The translations under genes were made by a program, and so were the position numbers. Under the pieces are notes generated by a model, which saw nothing but the letters and a program-made list of their open reading frames with translations, made no database searches and was not told the DNA's origin. A DNA stretch of 64,000 nt, taken from the NCBI RefSeq assembly GCF_046119375.1, contig NW_027362767.1, positions 44,826,001 through 44,890,000 of the forward strand, given 5' to 3'. This document shows, piece after piece, positions 59,731-64,000 of the stretch. Positions within the stretch are counted from its first letter, which is position 1. Each line of letters opens with the position of its first letter. This DNA is from Phyllobates terribilis (lineage: Eukaryota).

Positions 59731-61059
59731 ATGAAGACCAAGGAGGTCTCCAAACAGGACCAAGGAGGTCTCCAAACGAGATCACGAAAGACCAAGGAGG
59801 TCTCCAAACGAGACCACGAAAGACCAAGGAGGTCTCCAAACGAGACCACGAAAGACCAAGGAGGTCTCCAAACGAGACCACGAAAGACCAAGGAGGCCTC
59901 CAAACGAGACCACGAAAGACCAAGGAGGCCTCCAAACGAGACCACGAAAGACCAAGGAGGTCTCCAAACGAGACCACGAAAGACCAAGGAGGTCTCCAAA
60001 CGAGACCACAAAAGACCAAGGAGGTCTCCAAACGAGACCACGAAAGACCAAGGAGGTCTCCAAACGAGACAGGGACAAAGTTGTTGAGAAGCACAAGTCA
60101 GGGTTGGGTTCTAAAAAAATATCCCAATCCCTGATGATCCCCAGAGCCCCATGAAATCCATTATCATCAAATTGAAAGAACATGGCACCACAACAAACCT
60201 GCTAAGAGAGCCGCTCACCAAAACTCTTAGCCCGGGCAAGGAGGGCATTAATCAGAGAGGCAGCACAGAGACCAAAGGTGACCCTGAAGGAGCTGCAGAG
60301 TTGCAAAGCAGAGACTGGAGTATCTGTCCATACGACAACAATAAGCCGTACACTCCATACATGTTGCCTTTATGGAAGAGTGTGCAGAAAAAAACCTTTA
60401 CTTAAACACAAAAATTGTGAGGCTCATTTTGAGTTTGCCAAAAAACATGTAGGAGACTCCCCAAATGTATGTAGTAAGGTGCTGTGGTGAGAGGAGACCA
60501 AAACTGAACTTTTTGGCCACCAAAATAAACACTATGTCTGACACCAAACCTACCCAGCTCATCACCCCAAGAACACCATCCCAACAGTGAAACATGGTGG
60601 TGGCAGCATCATGTTGGGGGATGTTTTTCGGCAGCAGGTACAGGGAAAATGGTCCTAGCAGAGGGGAAGATGGATGATGTGAAATACAGGGATATTCTTA
60701 AGCAAAAACCTGTTTCAGTCTGAGAGTGATTTGAGACTGGGACGGAGGTTCACCTTCCAACAAGACAATGACCCAAAGCATACTGCTAAAGCAACACTCG
60801 AGTGGATTAAGGGGAAACGTGTAAATGTTCTGGAGTGGCTAAGTCACAGCCCAGACTTTAATCCAATGGAGAATCTGTGGTCAGACTTGAAGATTGCTGT
60901 TCACCAGAGGAAAAACCATCTAACTTGAAGGAGCTGGAGCAGTTTTGCCTTGAGGAATGGACAAAAATCCCAGTGGCAAGATGTGGAAAACTCAGAGAAG
61001 CTTCTCCAAAGCGACTTTCAGCTGTAATAGCCGCAAAAGGAGGCTCTACAAAGTACTGA
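59731..61059 (+). pseudogene. Passport-like Tc1 transposase, degenerate
   Basis: MKTKEVSK...RDKVVEK; TTISRTLH; [14 protein letters not shown]; QQDNDPKH; SPDFNPME; AAKGGSTKY*. Confidence 0.92.
59734..60070. repeat. 32-bp minisatellite (11 copies) inside the 5' end of the transposase ORF
   Basis: Unit AGACCAAGGAGGTCTCCAAACGAGACCACGAA; GACCAAGGAGG at 59736, then 59758 and every 32 nt to 60046. Confidence 0.96.
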
Positions 61060-61714
61060 CTTTAGGGGGGTGAACAGTTATGCACACTGAAGTTTTCAGT
61101 TATTTGGTACTCTTTTGTTTGCTTCACAATTAAAAAAAAAAACAAATGTTCACAGTTGTCGGCATGTTCTAAACATGAACTGATGCAAACCCTCAAAAAA
61201 CAGTGAAGTTCCAGATTGTGAGGTAGCAAAACATGAAAAAATACCAAGGGGGTGAATACTTTTGCAAACCACTGTATATATGATATGTGAAGGGCATCAT
61301 ACTGTATAGGGGATTGTGGGGGACATTATACTGAAGGCTGTGGAGACATCATACTGTATATTGGGGGCTGTGGTAGTAGACCTTATACTGCATAGGGAGC
61401 TGTGGTGGACATCTTAGTATATTTTATGGGGATATTGTGAATATCACAGTTTGGGCTGTGGTGGTGAGCACCATACTGTGTAGGGGGACAGTGTGTGTGG
61501 GGGGTATACAGTTTGGAGAGGACAACATAGGGGGCAGTATGAGGGCATCCTCAGTGTGAAAAGGGGGCAAAAAATGGATATGGCGAGGGGGCAGCGTGAA
61601 ATGGGGGCACAGGATGGAGACAGGTCAACATGGTGGGGGCAGTGTGGAGATATAGAGAGAGTAAAGGAGACAGTGGAGAGGGGATGGCCATAGTATAGGC
61701 CGAGGTTCTTAATG

Positions 61715-64000
61715 GTGACTGCACCAGCAGAATAGTGAGTGCAGCTCTGGAGTATAATACAGGATGTAACTCAGGATCAGTACAGGATCAGTAATGTAAT
61801 GTATGTACACAGTGACTGCACCAGCAGAATAGTGAGTGCAGCTCTGGAGTATAATACAGGATGTAACTCAGGATCAGTAATGTAATGTATGTACACAGTG
61901 ACTGCAGCAGCAGAATAGTGAGTGCAGCTCTGGAGTATAATACAGGATGTAACTCAGGATCAGTGCAGGATCAGTAATGTAATGTATGTACACAGTGACT
62001 GCACCAGCAGAATAGTGAGTGCAGCTCTGGAGTATAATACAGGATGTAACTCAGGATCAGTACAGGATCAGTAATGTAATGTATGTACACAGTGACTGCA
62101 CCAGCAGAATAGTGAGTGCAGCTCTGGAGTATAATACAGGATGTAACTCAGGATCAGTAATGTAATGTATGTACACAGTGACTGCAGCAGCAGAATAGTG
62201 AGTGCAGCTCTGGAGTATAATACAGGATGTAACTCAGGATCAGTGCAGGATCAGTAATGTAATGTATGTACACAGTGAGTGCACCAGCAGCATAGTGAGT
62301 GCAGCTCTGGAGTATAATACAGGATGTAACTCAGGATCAGTGCAGGATCAGTAATGTAATGTATGTACACAGTGACTGCACCAGCAGCATAGTGAGTGCA
62401 GCTCTGGAGTATAATACAGGATGTAACTCAGGATCCGTACAGGATCAGTAATGTAATGTATGTACACATTGATTGCACCAGCAGAATAGTGAGTGCAGCT
62501 CTGGCGTATAATACAGGATGTAACTCCGGATCAGTAATGTATGTACACAGTGACTGCACCAGCAGAATAGTGAGTGCAGCTCTGGAGTATAATACAGGAT
62601 GTAACTCAGGATCAGTAATGTAATGTATATACACAGTGACTGTACCAGCCGAATAGTGAGTGCAGCTCTGGAGTATAATACAGGATGTAACTCAGGATCA
62701 GTACAGGATCAGTAATGTAATGTATGTACACAATGACTGCACCAGCAGAATAGTGAGTGCAGCTCTGGGGTATAATACATGAAGTAACTGAGGATCAGTA
62801 ATGTAATGTATGTACACAGTGACTGCACCAGCAGAATAGTGAGTGCAGCTCTGGGGTATAATACAGGACGTAACTCAGGATCAGTAATGTAATGTATGTA
62901 AACAGTGACTGCACCAGCAGAATAGTGAGTGCAGCTCTGGAGAATAATACAGGGTGTAACTCAGGATCAGTACAGGATCAGTAATGTAATGTATGTACAC
63001 AGTGACTGCACCAGCAGAATAGTGAGTGCAGCTCTGGAGTATAATACATGAAGTAACTCAGGATCAGTACAGGATCAGTAATGTAATGTATGTACACAGT
63101 GACTGCACCAGCAGAATAGTGAGTGCAGCTCTGGAGTATAATACAGGATGTAACTCAGGATCAGTAATGTAATGTATGTACACAGTGACTGCAGCAGCAG
63201 AATAGTGAGTGCAGCTCTGGAGTATAATACAGGATGTAACTCAGGATCAGTGCAGGATCAGTAATGTAATGTATGTACACAGTGAGTGCACCAGCAGCAT
63301 AGTGAGTGCAGCTCTGGAGTATAATACAGGATGTAACTCAGGATCCGTACAGGATCAGTAATGTAATGTATGTACACATTGATTGCACCAGCAGAATAGT
63401 GAGTGCAGCTCTGGCGTATAATACAGGATGTAACTCCGGATCAGTAATGTATGTACACAGTGACTGCACCAGCAGAATAGTGAGTGCAGCTCTGGAGTAT
63501 AATACAGGATGTAACTCAGGATCAGTAATGTAATGTATATACACAGTGACTGTACCAGCCGAATAGTGAGTGCAGCTCTGGAGTATAATACAGGATGTAA
63601 CTCAGGATCAGTACAGGATCAGTAATGTAATGTATGTACACAATGACTGCACCAGCAGAATAGTGAGTGCAGCTCTGGGGTATAATACATGAAGTAACTG
63701 AGGATCAGTAATGTAATGTATGTACACAGTGACTGCACCAGCAGAATAGTGAGTGCAGCTCTGGGGTATAATACAGGACGTAACTCAGGATCAGTAATGT
63801 AATGTATGTAAACAGTGACTGCACCAGCAGAATAGTGAGTGCAGCTCTGGAGAATAATACAGGGTGTAACTCAGGATCAGTACAGGATCAGTAATGTAAT
63901 GTATGTACACAGTGACTGCACCAGCAGAATAGTGAGTGCAGCTCTGGAGTATAATACATGAAGTAACTCAGGATCAGTACAGGATCAGTAATGTAATGTA
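61715..64000. repeat. 81-97 bp satellite array (same family as 18301-19915) with 280-bp and 910-bp higher-order periods; runs off the window
   Basis: Same unit and orientation; variant ACTGCAGCAG at 61901 and 62181; identical ORFs at 62396 and 63306. Confidence 0.97.

Larger units (their letters stand above)
52555..61274 (+). mobile_element. Passport-like Tc1 element split by a hAT insertion (left arm 52555-52756; remainder ~59668-61274)
   Basis: TIRs CAGTGGCTTGCAAAAGTATTCACCCC / GGGGTGAATACTTTTGCAAACCACTG|TA; inner DR ATAAGTATTCAC cut at 52756. Confidence 0.9.

Noticed and set aside
59734-60070. CRISPR-like appearance of the 32-bp repeat array
   Set aside because: Units abut directly with no unique spacers, there are no cas genes, the context is eukaryotic, and the unit derives from a Tc1 ORF.

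Overview
Vertebrate genomic DNA, most likely an anuran amphibian (inferred from the repeat repertoire). No prokaryotic features such as CRISPR, rRNA or tRNA genes. The window holds two complete protein-coding genes, convergently transcribed: ERO1A (+ strand, 16 coding exons from 9989 to 35110, 466 aa, including a 12-nt microexon) and GPR137C (- strand, 7 coding exons from 51844 to 45808, 377 aa). A CpG-rich bidirectional promoter at ~51.4-52.5 kb probably also drives a + strand gene; mammalian synteny suggests TXNDC16, but no coding exon is seen. The rest is transposon- and repeat-rich: a young but disabled chromodomain Ty3/Gypsy (Tf1/sushi-type) LTR element at 1-4857, three Tc1/mariner copies, a ~6.6 kb hAT element with a two-frameshift BED-finger transposase nested in one Tc1, a CR1 3' end, tRNA-derived SINEs, Harbinger-type MITEs, several minisatellites and two arrays of one 81-97 bp satellite with higher-order repeats. 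Most striking observations: (1) a tRNA-independent self-priming signature in the LTR element; (2) a 32-bp hairpin minisatellite born from the first codons of a Tc1 transposase; (3) an in-frame 21-bp microinversion in another Tc1 transposase; (4) the dispersed satellite with a shared start register and different higher-order periods; (5) a two-codon uORF 4 nt upstream of the GPR137C ATG; (6) a co-oriented CTCF-like motif array in GPR137C intron 1. All calls were made by eye with no database searches; homology statements rest on recalled family motifs.
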